Part shown: piece after piece, positions 14,021 through 28,586 of the stretch
How the letters are laid out: each line of letters opens with the position of its first letter
How positions within the stretch are numbered: position 1 is the first letter of the stretch
Source of the DNA: Tubiluchus corallicola
Lineage: Eukaryota > Animalia > Priapulida
Length of the DNA stretch: 64,000 bases
NCBI GenBank assembly: GCA_030141605.1
Contig: JAQGDQ010000868.1
Coordinates: forward strand, 22,466 to 86,465
Direction of reading: 5' to 3'
The notes under the pieces: model-generated
Told to the model about the DNA's origin: nothing
Database searches by the model: none
Seen by the model: only the letters and a program-made list of their open reading frames with translations
Position numbers and translations under genes: made by a program

Positions 14021-14023
14021 ATA
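13925..14023. repeat. (ATTCTT)n + (ATT)n tract, probable 3' tail of the adjacent LINE
   Basis: Direct reading; lies at the 3' end of the minus-strand LINE. Confidence 0.85.
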
Positions 14024-16735
14024 ATGTATTTTTAGTTTAAACATAATTTATTTAGTTTAGGATTGGATCAGACAGTTTGTACAACATGATTTAGGATCCT
14101 CATCACAACAGACTTTATATACTATTTACAAGAACATTTACAGTAAGAATAGACTATACTTAGTTTTTAGTATACTTTAGTATACTAAAGTTTTACTACA
14201 GTGATACATTAGACATTAGTAGAAAATGACGGTTAGTAAATATTAATGTACGATTATTTAAGAACGATGCATTTTATATCAGATAGAAACTACTGCAAGC
14301 GTTTAGTACATAATATCAAGTCATGTATACATTGGAATATTTTACAGTTAGTATCGTAGTTAAATTCATCTTTACCGAATAATAACAACTTCTACAGATC
14401 ATTATTTCCTAAGACAGCTATATTAAGGTTTTCGGGCAGAAGTATTGCATTTAATTTATCAAACATAACTACCCTAGCTAGTTGATGCAATGGGCAGTGC
14501 AACAAAAAGTGTTCAACAGACTCAAATCGAAAACCACTGTTACAATTCGGCAATATTGGATGACCGTTATTATCTTTACAGCCTTTAGAGAAAAGGTCAT
14601 AGTTTAGCAGAGAAAATCCGATTCTCATGCGCGTATGATGCACTGATATTGGAGGTTTACCAAATGAAAAATGTTTCTTACGCAACGGAAAACTTTAATG
14701 AGATTTGAGCTCTTGTTTGAATTGTGAAGTGGATGTAATTTCACGAATGTTCTGTGGTAAGTTGTTCCACATGTTAATGGTCGATATGAAAAACGATTTT
14801 TCACAGCTAACAGAACGGCAATTAAAATTTCTGTATTTAGTACCACTGCGTATATAATAGGGGGTAACTTCGTTTACTTTTGGCGGCAGAATTGCACTTA
14901 AGTAGTGGGGCACTAAGTCATTGATTATTTTGAAAAAAAGACATAGGCGATGATAATGGAAGCGTGTCACTAATTTAGTGAAGCCGCTATCAGACAAGAT
15001 ACTTGCAGGGGAAGATCGAAACATAGCGCCAGAACAGATTCTAGCAGCAGTTAGCTGAATATTTTCTAACAAACGTATACTTGTTTTCACTGCATCCTGA
15101 CCATACTACGTTACCATATTCGATGGCAGGGAGAATAGTCGTAATGAATAATCGTTCCCGCGTAGCTCTGGGCATATTAACTGACACGCGTCGAAAGTTG
15201 TTTAGCTTTAGATTTGCTTTGTCTGCCATTTTTGAGACGTGATAGTTCCAGTTCAGATCAGATGTAAGATGAATACCTAAATGTTTGTGAGCATTTACAG
15301 TTTCCAGTTGAGTATTAGATAAATACAGAGTAGGATATTGAGGAGCATTGGATTTACGGGAGGAAAGCATGACTTCGGTCTTATTAGGATTAAATTTAAC
15401 CAACCAACGTTTGGCCCAGTTTTCAATTATTCTGAGATCTGCCTTTAAGCGATTTGCTGATGTATATGGGTCATCCTTAAACGAATCCATTAAATAAAAC
15501 CGTATCGTCTGCAGAAAGGCGAATATCAGATTGAATGTCTTCTGTTATATCATTAACATACACTAAAAATAGAAGGGGACCTAAGATAGAACCTTGGGGG
15601 ACGCCAGATAAAAGTGACTTCGCATTAGATGTATTACCGTTTAGCGTTACTCTTTGTGTTCGGTTTCGAAGGTAAGATGATAGCCAAGACAGAAGTTGGC
15701 CACTTCCTCCATACTGCTTTAATTTGAATATCAAGCCTGCATGCCACACCTTATCAAAAGCCTTACTGATGTCCAGAAAAACTCTACAGATTTTAGCACC
15801 GTCGTCTAAACTTGTATACAAATTGTGAACGATTGAAGCTAGCTGGTTGATTGTGCTATCGTTTGATTTGAACCCCGAGTTCTTTTCCGTCAAAAAGTTA
15901 TTATCAATAGCAAAGTAGTTATACATCTGATTAAAGACAACGCGTTCTAGAATCTTGGACATACATGAAAGTAGCGCCACGGGTCTGTAGTTCAAAACAA
16001 GCTGTCTATCTCCGTCTTTGTGTATGGGGCAGACATTTGCAACTTTCCACAAGCTAGGGAAATGACCTGACTGTAATGAGAAGTTAAACAATTGGGTTAA
16101 TGGGCTTGATAATGAATCTGCACAAAGCTTAAGTACTTTGTTGCTTATTCCATCAGGACCTACAGATTTGCTCGTATTGACGTTATTTAATAGTGTTTTC
16201 ACTAAATCTTCGTGTACAGTAATGTGAAACATGTATGTATCAGTCTTCGATACGAATCTGGGCAATGAAGCATTTGAAATGTTCAAACGGCACTGCTGGG
16301 CAAAGTAATTGTTAAATGCATTGCACTTGGAAATCGCATCACTTATGACAACACCAGCTTCATCTATAATGGGAGGAATAAAATTGTCACACTTATTTTT
16401 GTAAAAACTTTTAGTAATTTCCCACCAGACTTTAGGGCATGTTTCAGGATTCAATAGCTTCTCGTTCAGTTTGTCAGAATAGTCACGTTTGGCTTTTTTA
16501 ACAGCATTGTTGTACTTATTTCTAATAGTAGTATAGGACTGCCACGAAGCATTCGTCCTGTTTAATTTATAATTTCTGTGCGCCTTTTCTTTTTGTACTC
16601 TAAGCTTTCGAACGTGACTATTCATCCAAGGCTTATCGCGTGGGCGTATTGTTACAATTTGATTAGGCACACAAGAATCAATCATTTTCACTAGATTGTC
16701 AACAAATAAAAAATTGAACTTAAAGTAGTTCTTGG
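14024..16735 (-). mobile_element. 5'-truncated, frameshifted non-LTR retrotransposon (CR1/L2-group ORF2 reverse transcriptase)
   Basis: ORF pieces 15477-16735, 15041-15490, 14695-15090 and 14392-14685 carry DKPWM, KSVGPDGI, NYRPVALLS, FLDISKAFDKVWH, GVPQGSILGPLLFLVYVNDI, SADD (degenerate Y/FADD), HKHLGI and ESVEHFLLHCP. Antisense within an intron. Confidence 0.92.
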
Positions 16736-16744
16736 GTATTCCGT

Positions 16745-17240
<496 letters not shown>

Positions 17241-17893
17241 TACTTGCATTTCATGGTTTTCTGTAATGGTGCAATGTCACATACACAGTATCCCTATTCT
17301 GTCTGCCCAAGATTAATTATGTAATATGTTATCAAATCTATTACCATGCCATTGATTTATGATCTATGACGTGATCGGAATTGATTATAATTTTTATTTT
17401 TTTTTATAAATGAAATTGAGTTTTTGACTAATTTAACACTAATGAACAATGAACTTTACTTTTTCCGACATGCGTCCTAAGTTCACTTCAGATGTGCCGG
17501 TGGAAAAGAATTTTTCCATTTGCATGTTTTGCGACAAAATTTCGACGAGACACTGAAAAAAATCGAAGTTATTAAGAGGCCTAAGATCAACATCGTAAAT
17601 CGATGCAGTAAACTTATGAAGCCACGTTTCATGTCATTAACTATATAAAACTACATGAAAATTTAGAATTTAGAATTTTTTAGAATTTATTGCTAGATTT
17701 ACCATGAGCATACAAGTTTACATAGTTTACACAGACAGCACTAAGTTTTGAACATAAATTTTGAACCAGAAACATTAATAAAGAATCATTGAGGCTACTG
17801 GTATGCCTCTGGACAGCACCAGGAAGAAAATTTTGTGTCAAGATTTATGGCAAATTTGAAATTTTAGAAACAAGACGGAAATGCATTAAATGA

Positions 17894-18109
17894 TCACTCA
17901 CTCAATCACTCACTCACTCACTCACTCACTCACTCACTCACTCACTCACTCACTCACTCACTCACTCACTCACTCACTCACTCACTCACTCACTCACTCA
18001 CTCACTCACTCACTCACTCACTCACTCACTCACTCACTCACTCACTCGCTCACTCACTCACTCACTCACTCACTCACTCACTCACTCACTCACTCACTCA
18101 CTCACTCAC
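17894..18109. repeat. (TCAC)n microsatellite
   Basis: Direct reading. Confidence 0.97.
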
Positions 18110-18541
18110 AAACATTCTTTCTAGAATGAGGACAAAGTGCAGAAAGGTAGTAAAGAAATTCAGCCTGTTGATGAGGCGATGTTATGACAACGATTAAGCC
18201 ATGATAATATTTCTAAAGCATGAATATAGCCAAAATAAGAATAGAATAAAAAGAAGCACAATTGATTGCCATTTTTTGATTGCCAATTATATCATATAGT
18301 TTTATAGGGACCAATTGACAGTTGTGAGTATTCGCATGAACCGTAGATTCGGTATTCAAATTGTTTCCTGTAGTAATTTCTTAAATGGGGGACTTATACA
18401 CTCAATATTTCAAGTACCAATTATATTATGTTAGCTTTAAAGAAAAAACCCAATATATCATAAACAATGATCTAAGAGTTAAGGTATCATTTCTTGCAGG
18501 AAGCACGACAATTTTTTAATACGCTTTCGTTTGTGTTCTAG

Positions 18542-18649
18542 GCTGTCCACTTTATGATCACTTATGTGGCGATGGTGCTTGCCTGCCTTCTGCTGCCATC
18601 TGTAATCACAAAACAGAATGTGACGATGAATCAGATGAAAACAATTGCG
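18542..18649 (+). CDS. Mosaic gene, exon H: LDL-receptor class A domain (absent from ORF track)
   Basis: Acceptor tttgtgttctag|, donor G|gtgagt, 108 bp, phase 1-1; GCPLYDHLCGDGACLPSAAICNHKTECDDESDENNC has six Cys and the DxSDE motif. Confidence 0.9.
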
Positions 18650-19718
18650 GTGAGTTTGGGTTACGTTTGGGCATAATACAATATTTATGAATTAAAACAA
18701 TAGAATTAAATTACTGTTTAACTCATTAGTTATAGTTAAATTTTCTCCACACGGTTATTTTCCATATCACGATTTCTTCGCTGCTCTACTGCATCTTCGT
18801 AAATTTTCTATAGATGGCGCCACATTATCGGTTACAAAAATGCTGTTGAAGATATTACATTCTCTAATAATCGACTCTGTACTTAAGGAAAAGATATAAA
18901 AATGTTGTAAATGTTGTAATAGCTATATTGCATATTTGCATTTACTTTGCTGGTGGCTAAATAAAGATAAAACGGTAAGCGTAAAAGCAATTTTACCAAG
19001 TCATATACTTACATCAGAATCCGCAAACTTGACTAAATAAAAATGAATTGTGCGGGAAGAGAAAACTAAAAAAAAACCTGTCAGATTTACATCTATACGA
19101 GGTAAAATAATCACCATAGTCTACAAAGGTCTGGCAAACAAGCGATGTAGGCATTTCATTTAAATTGCAGCTGGTTTATGAAAAAACGTGCTCCCTGCTT
19201 GAACGTAAATTATTGCATTTTAGTTTATCATATTCGAAATCGCTTACGCTAGGATATCAGTGATGACGCGGGGAATAGTCCTAAAAGATGCAAAAAAGAA
19301 CGAAGATTGAGTTTGGAAATCCTACAGCACTAACTTTTTACTTTATAAAACTTTATTACACCTAGTCTGTATTGTGCAGTCATGTTTTGTTATTTTCAAT
19401 GGTGTGGTACTATAGGCCTACTAATCCATGTTAACTCCCAATGTAAATCTTGCAAGTTATTTTTGTATTGTATATTGGGGAGAATCTCTGTATCAGTTAC
19501 AATGAACTGTTTGATTCAAGCCAAATAAAACTGTGGTTAAAGCAAAATATAATTTATTATAATGCCAAAAACGTTTACAAGCTGGTGCAAGCGTGTGCAA
19601 TGTCCATAACTTTGGAAGAAAATGTTCCAGAGAAAATAAAATTTCCCTTTTAAAACCTCAAAACCTATGGCTCTTCTATCTATGGGCTGTCCACATCAAG
19701 GAAGTTTTTCCTCTATAA

Positions 19719-20228
19719 CATGGGTTCCCAGCTTTGGGGTCGCGAAGCACTTTTCGTGGGATCGCGGGCTAGTCCAAAAACTATTTTTAAAAAATGCTGC
19801 TTTCATGAAAAATATGTAAGTAGGTCTTGTTTCCTCGGCCTCTCATTACATCATTTTTTTGTGGAAACTGAAACAGGGTTTCCCGTTCTAAATGCGGAAA
19901 AATGAAAATGTGCGTTGTTCCATGCTGTACACTTGTGTACAGTGTACACAGCCCAAAAGCGTGTCGCTATTCATTTACGTCAGACCTCTTTAGAAACCTA
20001 TTGCATTGCAGTACTGGTCGCTGAGAAACAGGTGCAACCAACAGATGAATGAATTAATGAAACAATCACTCATTGTTCAATAATTTGTTGAATTGTAAGT
20101 TAAATTTAATAAATGCGAACGATAATGATGTTTAATAGTATAACATGTGATTATGTTTTTCGTGGGGTGGCAATATGATGCAGGGTTCTGGAAAAGGGTC
20201 GTCTTCAACAAAATGTTGGGAACCATTG
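19719..20228. mobile_element. Old hAT (Charlie-like) MITE
   Basis: Ends CATGGGTTCCCAGC / GTTGGGAACCATTG, GGGGTCGCG subterminal motifs, imperfect 8-bp TSD CTCTATAA / CTCTGCAA. Confidence 0.65.
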
Positions 20229-20687
20229 CTCTGCAATTACATTAAGAAACACTAAATATTTATAATAAACGTGTTAAAAAATTATTCTCACTTCAGTATG
20301 ATTACAGTGCTAGGTAAGTGTGTTTTGACTGTGACATACCTTACTTTCACGTCATAGTTAAACGCTCAGCTTACTCTGTGTTTGTTAGGTTACGAAATTC
20401 ACAAAACTTCTATGTGAAATACATTTTGAACTCAAACATCGTTTTTCAATCTGAAATATTTAAAGGAATTCGGAATGAATTGTGTGCTATACTGTAATTT
20501 AACACAGAAAACTAAGAACAGATTGCATGGTTACGTCTCTATGTAGTCAAAGAATTGTGTTATAGCTCTTATTGTAGTAATTTATTTTATTTTAGTTTTA
20601 GTTTTTTATAATTATCTTTGTCAATGCATTTGCAAGTGGGTGTGTATTTTTGAGTAATCTATGACGTAGCTGTTGAAATAAAAAGTA

Positions 20688-20795
20688 TCTAATCTAGTCT
20701 AGTTTGGTCTGATCTGGTCTGGTCTGGTCTGGTCTGGTCTGGTCTGATCTGATCTGATCTGATCTGATCTGATCTGATCTGATTCTAATCTAATT
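20688..20795. repeat. Pentamer microsatellite (TCTGG)n/(TCTGA)n after an AATAAA, possible retroposon tail
   Basis: Direct reading. Confidence 0.85.
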
Positions 20796-21194
20796 TACTT
20801 TATGAATGTTTCGAATTCTCATTGGTACCTGTTATCACAGATCTACTATTCTGACCATGTACAAATGGCAGTAGCCAACCGATGTGACATCCTCTTTAAA
20901 GCAAATTCATTGAAACTCTAAAGTTCTTACTGTTTATTTTCTAAACATATCTACTATTTGTTCTTGTCACGAAGCACTTTATCATAATCGTGTCATCTTT
21001 TATTTGATTCTTGTTGTTCTTCTGTTGCTGAAGAAAATGGTGATGGCGGTGATAATTCTGAAGACCACTCGACTAGCTGGTGCAATTACAGTGCATATTG
21101 AAGCTTTTAAAGTGCTGTAATAGAGCTGTGGTGCAAACGAGAGATTTGAAATTGCACTGATTTATTTGTTGTTTCAGTAGCGCCTCGGGAGGGG

Positions 21195-21200
21195 GCAGAG

Positions 21201-21257
<57 letters not shown>

Positions 21258-21281
21258 TATTATTATTATTATTATTATTAT
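21195..21281. repeat. (GA)n followed by (ATT)n
   Basis: Direct reading. Confidence 0.95.
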
Positions 21282-22235
21282 AACTCTATTTTATTATATA
21301 TATTAACATAAATACATACATAATATACATAAATTCCCTCTATTTGCAGGGACCAGTATGAGCGTTATTATAATAAGTTAGAAAAAAATTGCAATTATCC
21401 CTTTTAATATCACTGGTGACTATAATAACAGTAAAACGCTTATATACAAAAACATATCAACAACTACAAGCAACGTAGCTAGATTTACATTTAAATTTAT
21501 ATTTACCCAATTTTATAAATAAATCTTACTTTTATATTTTCATTGACGGGTAGCTATCTAATTATATAAAATGACAGTAACTGGACTTCACATTTTTAAA
21601 AATAAACTTCACGTTTTTTCGGCGATATTTTCCTCTTTAGCATTTTTAACAATCTACAAACGCATAAATAGCATTTCTACTCCTTATTCTGTATATATCC
21701 TTAAGTTGCTTAGATGGGAGTGCAGTTTCAAGTTTCCTTCTGAGTTCGTCTTTTACTAGAGGACAGTTAAAAATTATATGTTCTGGCGTTTGGCTGTTTG
21801 CCTTGCATTTACACATATCAGTTTCTATCAGACCGATTCTATTGCTAAACACATTACAACCTCTCCCTAATAATAAGCTGAAAGCAATAGTTTCAATAAC
21901 ACGTTCATTTCTTGTTATTTGCAGATCTAAAGGTTTTGCGCAAACTTTAACTTCTTCAAAAGGGTTTCCAGCTAACTGGTTGCAATGCACCAGTTTTCTT
22001 TCCCGTAAAAACTCTAAGAATTTTTGACATTCTTTCTTTGTGTATTTTAGATTGTCTTGTGGAATTGACTGTAACATTTCATTTCGATTTGCGTTTAGAC
22101 CTTTAATGGTTTTTAAGAATAATCTAGTCTTATTTAGGTGTTCTGCCAGGAAAAGGTTGCAATATTCAGCACTGATGTAATTCTCATCCGCTTTAATAAG
22201 TTCTTTTCTGACTAAGTCATCAGCAGGCAAAGTAA
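21253..22235 (-). mobile_element. 3' fragment of a non-LTR retrotransposon (ORF2 C-terminal zinc knuckle, 3' UTR, AAT tail)
   Basis: ORF 21646-22230 contains CKC-x7-H-x4-CP (CKCKANSQTPEHIIFNCP), typical of LINE ORF2 C-termini. Downstream are a hairpin, AATAAA and an (AAT)n tail. Clade uncertain. Confidence 0.7.
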
Positions 22236-23290
22236 GGTAATTTCAAAACTGACTCAACAGATAAAACGGAATAAATAACATCCATTGATGGTAGTCCTGT
22301 AATTAATTCAGTTTCAATTTTTGGAGGATTAAAACCTACTCCTGTTGCTGCTGGTGATCCTGAATGGTGATGCTGAATTTAACTCGTTCTTGAGCACAAT
22401 TAGCTTATTATGTCTGGTCAGTAAACCATGAACACGTGATAGCAGTTCGAGTCTCTTTTATTTTCTCATGCTTCGTCTAACTCAGTCTGCAGTCGTAAAA
22501 AAGTCACGCTGCATTGATATAACAGCAGCCAATTCACCACAGACTACCTCGTGATCGCGCCATAATTGCAAGACATCTTACAATCTCTTGGGCCGTTGCT
22601 AAATTGTCAAGTTAGTGTAACTCAATCTATGAGTATCGTGTTGGTAATAATATTAGCGGTCAGTGGAAAGCGGGGGCTAATATCTTCATCCCATGTTTCT
22701 ACCACCCACATCCTGGTACCAAATCATGCAACAACAAACATGGTGTTTAGCTCGGACCTAGCAGAGACGAAACAATCTCACACATGGTTCTCTGGTGTAA
22801 TGTAACTAACTATTCGATTATCCCTGGAATGCCAGTAACGAAGGAAAGTGGTGTGGGAGATTAATTTAGTTAACAACCAACCGACACTCCCAAAGTAGAT
22901 ACTGGCCAGTAGTGATAAATTATTTTAAACTGACCATCTGAAAGCCAGTCAGGCAGTCGCTGGATTACTGTGTGTGTGTGTAACAGCCCATATATTTTTA
23001 TGTGCCAAAGTAAAGTCTTAAACCTGTGAATTTTAAACATATTATTTTGTTTTCTGAGACTTAAAAAATATGTTTTGGCAAGCTATTATGTTAGAAATTG
23101 AAGCCAGACTTTTACCTTTCTTCTACTTGTAATTAAACTATAAACTTAACACTGATAAATAAAGGCTATGCTTTGTCATAATCTTTACAATACAGACTTT
23201 TGAAAGCCTAGTGGCAGCATAAGAATTTGCTTTCGAGGAAAAAACTCCCCCCCCCCCAACAGCGTAGGGCAAGTTAAAATCGGTCATGTT

Positions 23291-23515
23291 CATCCGTCCG
23301 TCCGTCCGTCCGTCTCTCCCTCCCTCCCTCCCTACCTCCCTCCCTCCCTCCCTCCCTCCATCCATCCATCCATCCATCCATCCATCCATCCATCCATCCA
23401 TCCATCCATCCATCCATCCATCCATCCATCCATCCATCCATCCATCCATCCATCCATCCATCCATCCATCCATCCATCCATCCATCCATCTATCCATCCA
23501 TCCACTGATCCATCC
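23291..23515. repeat. Compound (CCGT)(CCCT)(CCAT)n microsatellite
   Basis: Direct reading. Confidence 0.96.
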
Positions 23516-25529
23516 ACATAATCCACATTCTCTTCCATATATGTAATGGAAAGGGCGATTAGTTATGCGATTGAGCACCGAGGTTCAACTAACAGTAACT
23601 ACTGGCTGGCTTGAACATGCAAGTAACATCACACCGTTTTCTTGTGCAAGCTAAGTGCAGGTTAAGAGTTTTCGCATTTGCCCTCCATTGGCTTGGCTAT
23701 AAGCTCAAGTGCCGACAGCTGTTGGCTCTAAATTTCCTACTCTATTAGCAGAAAAGGTGGATTCATTTTCACCATGCAAGTTGCTGAAGTGCCTGACCGC
23801 GACTTTCTTTCTGTACGACGGGGATCATTGTCACACGTGTAGCAACTTTTTGGTTGCGCGGAAACAAAATTTTGAATTTCGAAACTTTGACAAACAGGTT
23901 AGCGTCCGAGTGCGAAATTCAGTAAAAAGAATAGTTCTAGGATTTACATCTGACATTATTTGCATGTGAAATATGACCTTCAAACCTGTTTAATTTTAAT
24001 TTTAAATTGTAAAGCGTTTAGTGACATTTATGATAACCTGCTGTTGAATTATTCTAAATAAATAATGTATATTTATTTTATCTAATCGCTGTATCAGATA
24101 AAAGTTTTTAACTACTTTGAATCAGCTCTAAACTTACGTAATTTTAAGTTATAATGGGTCTTAAATGTGTTTTCACGCAAACTTTTCAAGGAAGTTCAAT
24201 TTTTGATAACGTACACTGCCTCCAGTTAGTTAACGTTATTGTGATAAAGTGTTTATAACACTTGTTCGCTTATAAAAACGTTTTTTGTTAGTTTTAAACT
24301 ATTTTATGTCAATTTCGACCATATGTCCACGCACGCCCAGACTGTAATGTAACTTGCCTGCAAAGGAAAAAATATTTGAGAATATTATCTTCGCTATAAT
24401 CTCTAGTTTCCCGAAGTCGATTAATATACGAAGCCCGTTCAAAGAAATAGTAACTTCCGACGATGATTCCGACACATGACAGTTCTTGAATAAGCTGCTC
24501 TTTCTTCTAAGAACAATGTTGAAGGTGATCAGTCAAACCAGTTTACGCTTATTTTCAAACTAAATTTTTTGAAACTGGTTTGAGTAAACCGCCTGAGTAA
24601 ACGACACGGTAAACCGTCTCAATGCGAACAGCTATAAGTCTCAAATACATATTGCATTTATTCATATAGGACTCAATCGTAAACTTTGTTATTGTTGCCT
24701 CCGTCACTCATCCAGGAGAGAGACGTTGAAAGGTTACGAAGGTTGAGCACAAGTTTGTTTTCTCTCTCCGTGGGTGACGCAGCCTCTTCCGTTGTCTGGG
24801 AGACGCTTCCACTCTTTAACAAACATTGACATTTCACAGTTTGAAGATGGCTGCTGACACGAGCTGCATTTCCGCTGTCAATTGTCATCAACTTTAGCAG
24901 GCCACCATGGCGAGTTTAACGGAAGGCACGTGTCGAATGTCATTTTAAGTCATCAGACGTCATAACAGGTGTTTCAGCAGAAGACACTTTTAAATTCTGA
25001 TGAACTGTCTGCTTTCTGGAAATCAGACCAAATATCGATTATTTTGTGTTTTAAGACGCCTAACTAAATATTTCCTCTGAAAATGGTCAAGTTTAGAAAT
25101 AATTATCAATTTATGCAATCAAACTGACGGTCGATTTTGCAGCAGAATATTTAGGAGGTGGTCTGACTTACTGTTGTATCATTCGTTGGTTTATTAACTG
25201 AAGCCTTGTAATTTTAAATTTTGTATATATTTTTATTATATCTTTTTGATGGTTGTAGCTTTTTTAATAGCTCATCTCATATAGTGTGTCTCAGTTCTTT
25301 AGTGTAATTTTAATTATTATATAGTAGTTTTATGTGCTGACACATAAAAATCAGGGTTTATTTGCACGAATTAATCTCATGCTAATGGTACATAAAGGTT
25401 AATGCTAACAAACACCCAAATGGATTTTTTCTGAACGTTCGTTTTTTTTATATTTTTCGATTTTTTTGTGGAACTTGCGGCCTTGTAGTAAATACGGGCA
25501 ACAATGTCCCCATGTGTTAATGTATAAAA

Positions 25530-25845
25530 CGACGCCTAAACTTCCGTAAAAGTTTCGATTTTTGAAAGCTTGATATCTAGGTTTCAATTCATTTTATGAA
25601 GCAGTAATCTTTTCTGTCTTTTCTGTTGTCCTAAACATCTATTGTAGACATTGAGTCTCTATCCTTTATTAGAGTAAATACCGGCAACAATGCGGCCATG
25701 TTTTAATGCACAAAACTACGCCTAAACTTCTGTAAATGTTTCAATCTTTGAAAGCTTGATGTCTAGGTTTTAATTAATTTTGTGAAGCAGTAATCTTCTT
25801 TCTCTTCTGTTGCTCTAAACATTGAGCCTCCATCCTTTATTAGAG
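25530..25845. repeat. Diverged direct duplication, period ~187 bp
   Basis: ACGCCTAAACTTC...TTTGAAAGCTTGAT.TCTAGGTTT...GAAGCAGTAATCTT...CTAAACAT occurs at ~25532 and ~25718. Confidence 0.75.
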
Positions 25846-26066
25846 CACCCCACTGTTTCCTGTTTGCAGGTAAAATTTTCAACTCCTGTGACGTTATTGT
25901 TAAGTTTCGTCTTAGCTGTTGTAAACCTTTATTAATTCTTGACATCCAGGTTGTTTTCGTTTGCCTGGAGGTCGTTTGCAGGTTTCAGTGCCTCGTTTCA
26001 TGCTTCTCTTTCTGTTGTTGTTTCTGGCTGTCTCATTAAATGTCCTACCCATCTTACCCTTCTGAT
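25800..26066 (-). mobile_element. Degenerate 3' fragment of an RTE/RTE-X-type LINE
   Basis: Minus-strand translation with a stop and frameshifts: IRRVRWVGHLMRQPETT...EALKP / KRPPGK / TTWMSRINK...LPANRKQW, matching the RTE C-terminal R.RW.GH..R...R..G....TW...A.DR..W pattern. Confidence 0.7.
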
Positions 26067-28586
26067 GCTCTCAACTGCAAGGCATTGAATTGGGGAACGA
26101 TGTCCTCGTAACTGGCACAACTTTAAATATGCCAGTAGGAAACTCGGGCAGGCTATTGGGGACTGTGGCAATTTGAATTCTTACGAAGCAAGGAACTTTC
26201 AATCAATTTCTGTGAAGCAAGGAACTTTTAATCAATTTCTGTGCTGCATCGGAATGGAAGACAATTAGCTATGTGACAAAGTATAATAAAGACAATGAGA
26301 CAAAGTTTAATTACTGCACTTTTGAACTTGGTGAAAGATGACTACATTTTGAAAACGTTAACACTCGCTAGGATACCTTTACTTGCATTTATAAGGTATT
26401 TTTATTTACGTGTTTGTTTACAAATTATCATTAGTTTATTTATGTACTAAAGTTATAAAGATCTAATGAACAACAATAGTGGTGTAATACTTAATTATAA
26501 TTCGAATCTGATCAGTACAACAATTTAGTAAAACTTTATAATAAATAAGCATTTTGTATATATTTTGTACATTTAATCGTATTTGTTTATACGTATGCAT
26601 TTGTTTATTTGCATATAATTTCTACAGTTGCTTTTATTCTTATGCAATTGTGTTTATGTGTTTATGTGTGTCACTAATATCTGTACATGGTTTCATTTTT
26701 AATACTGATGTATTGAGCCTGCAAAGAGAGGCATAATAAAAGATTTATTATCATCATCATCATCATCATCATCATTATCATCATCATTAACCTCCTGATT
26801 CTGATTTTACTGTTGTGAAGCAGTAGTAACATGGTTATTTTTGTAGCCAGTAAGAACTGCTGCAATATGTGCTGGTGTTTTTCTTAAATTGATAGAGAAA
26901 AGATTAGATTATTGATTAGCGAAATAAGGGAAATAAGCTGCTGACAGAGCGAAAGTCCGAGGAAAAACTTTTAGGATGAACTACTTAGGAATGTCTACAC
27001 AATCAGGTCAAGGACACTGAGAATCTCTGAAATGTTATTAGAATGCTTGGCACAAGAGTACACGCGGAAAAGACAAGTAAAGAAACGTCCGATTCTGGCT
27101 TCCGTTTGTCAACTACACGCGGGATGTAGTGTTTAAAAACTGTACCGTTTACGTGTTAAAAAATTTAATAATTCATTACTTTCGAAAAAGTGGTAGGCAA
27201 TGAACTGTTCTAGCTGTAGCAGCTATTAGCTACAACCTTATTATATTATTTATTAGATTATATAGCTGGGAAACCATAGAGACCCTTCCCCTGGGCCTTC
27301 CGTTTCTGCCACTGCCTCTGAGAGTAGACATTTATTGGTAAATTGTTTCATGCAGAATCTGTTTAGTAATATGATGACTGCTGGGACCGCGACCATGTAC
27401 CTCGATGCCTGAATTACTGGGGTACAGTCTGAAATCCTGGTGAACAGTAGTAAATAGCTTGATAGGGATATGAGAAGAAACAACTAAAATAGGCTAAGGA
27501 GTGCATTGCTCATATATTATATCCAATGTTAATATCCAACAGAGCAAATCTTTGCTTCACAGGCTTGATTTTAACTCAACAAATGCACAGCTATCGAAGA
27601 CAATTCATATCATTATGCACATTAGTATTGTACAACAAAATAAACTTAACTTTTTTGTACTCACTAAGCTATATCAGAAACATAAATCAGTTTAAAGTCA
27701 CGCAAGAGTAAGCTTCGTGAAAAAAAAATGATTAAAATATTAATGAATATTCTCGCTAATAATCATAATTTAATTACAATAAAACCTCGTTATAATGCTC
27801 CCTTTTCAGCAAAACAAAATATCTATATTTACACAGACATGTATGTACTAATGCACCACGTTACAATGCTAAACTCGCTTAACGTCAACTTTTTTCCAGT
27901 GCATTCTGATTTTCATTGCCAAACATCTACTAAGTTTGAAATGACTTCAGCACAGTTGATTCAGTTTAAATAAATTCGGCGTGGTAGTGAGCTTTATGCA
28001 AAAACGTATGTAAGTGTACAAATCATATCTCCAAGTTATTAGGTCAATTTCATTTTTAAAGCTGTATTGTGGTTCTATGCAGTCAAAACTGAATCATTTT
28101 TTAGCAAACTTTGATCGTGTTTTCTAATTAACCACTTAATTGAGGTGGTTTACTGAAAAATCTGTGGCTTTGGGTCAACAGCCAGTCAAGGTCAAGTTTT
28201 AACGAAAATACATGAACATAGTGTACGAGATATAATTGAAATGTGGCAGAAAGACGCCAAAGAAAATCATGGCAATGTGATGACCTGACTTGCAATGGAA
28301 GAGGTGAAACGATATATTCCGTGATTTGTGGGGCGAGTGTGGCGGAACGAGTTAAAGATGATGATAGTGATGATCACATTGGTGATCACATGTAGCTCAT
28401 TAAGTGAAAATCACTACTCGTTTGGAGTTACTGGATTACCAGATTATATTATACTCTAGTTTATTCCATTATTACGTGGATGAAAATGACTGAAATCATT
28501 CAAGTTTAAGAATAAATGCATTGTGTTGAAATTTTGAATTAAATTAAACCAACATTTCAGGTGTTTTGCCTTTCTACAGTTCTGAC

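Noticed and set aside
24901-24948. Perfect Kozak context GCCACCATGG
   Set aside because: Frame closes after 13 codons with no convincing donor.
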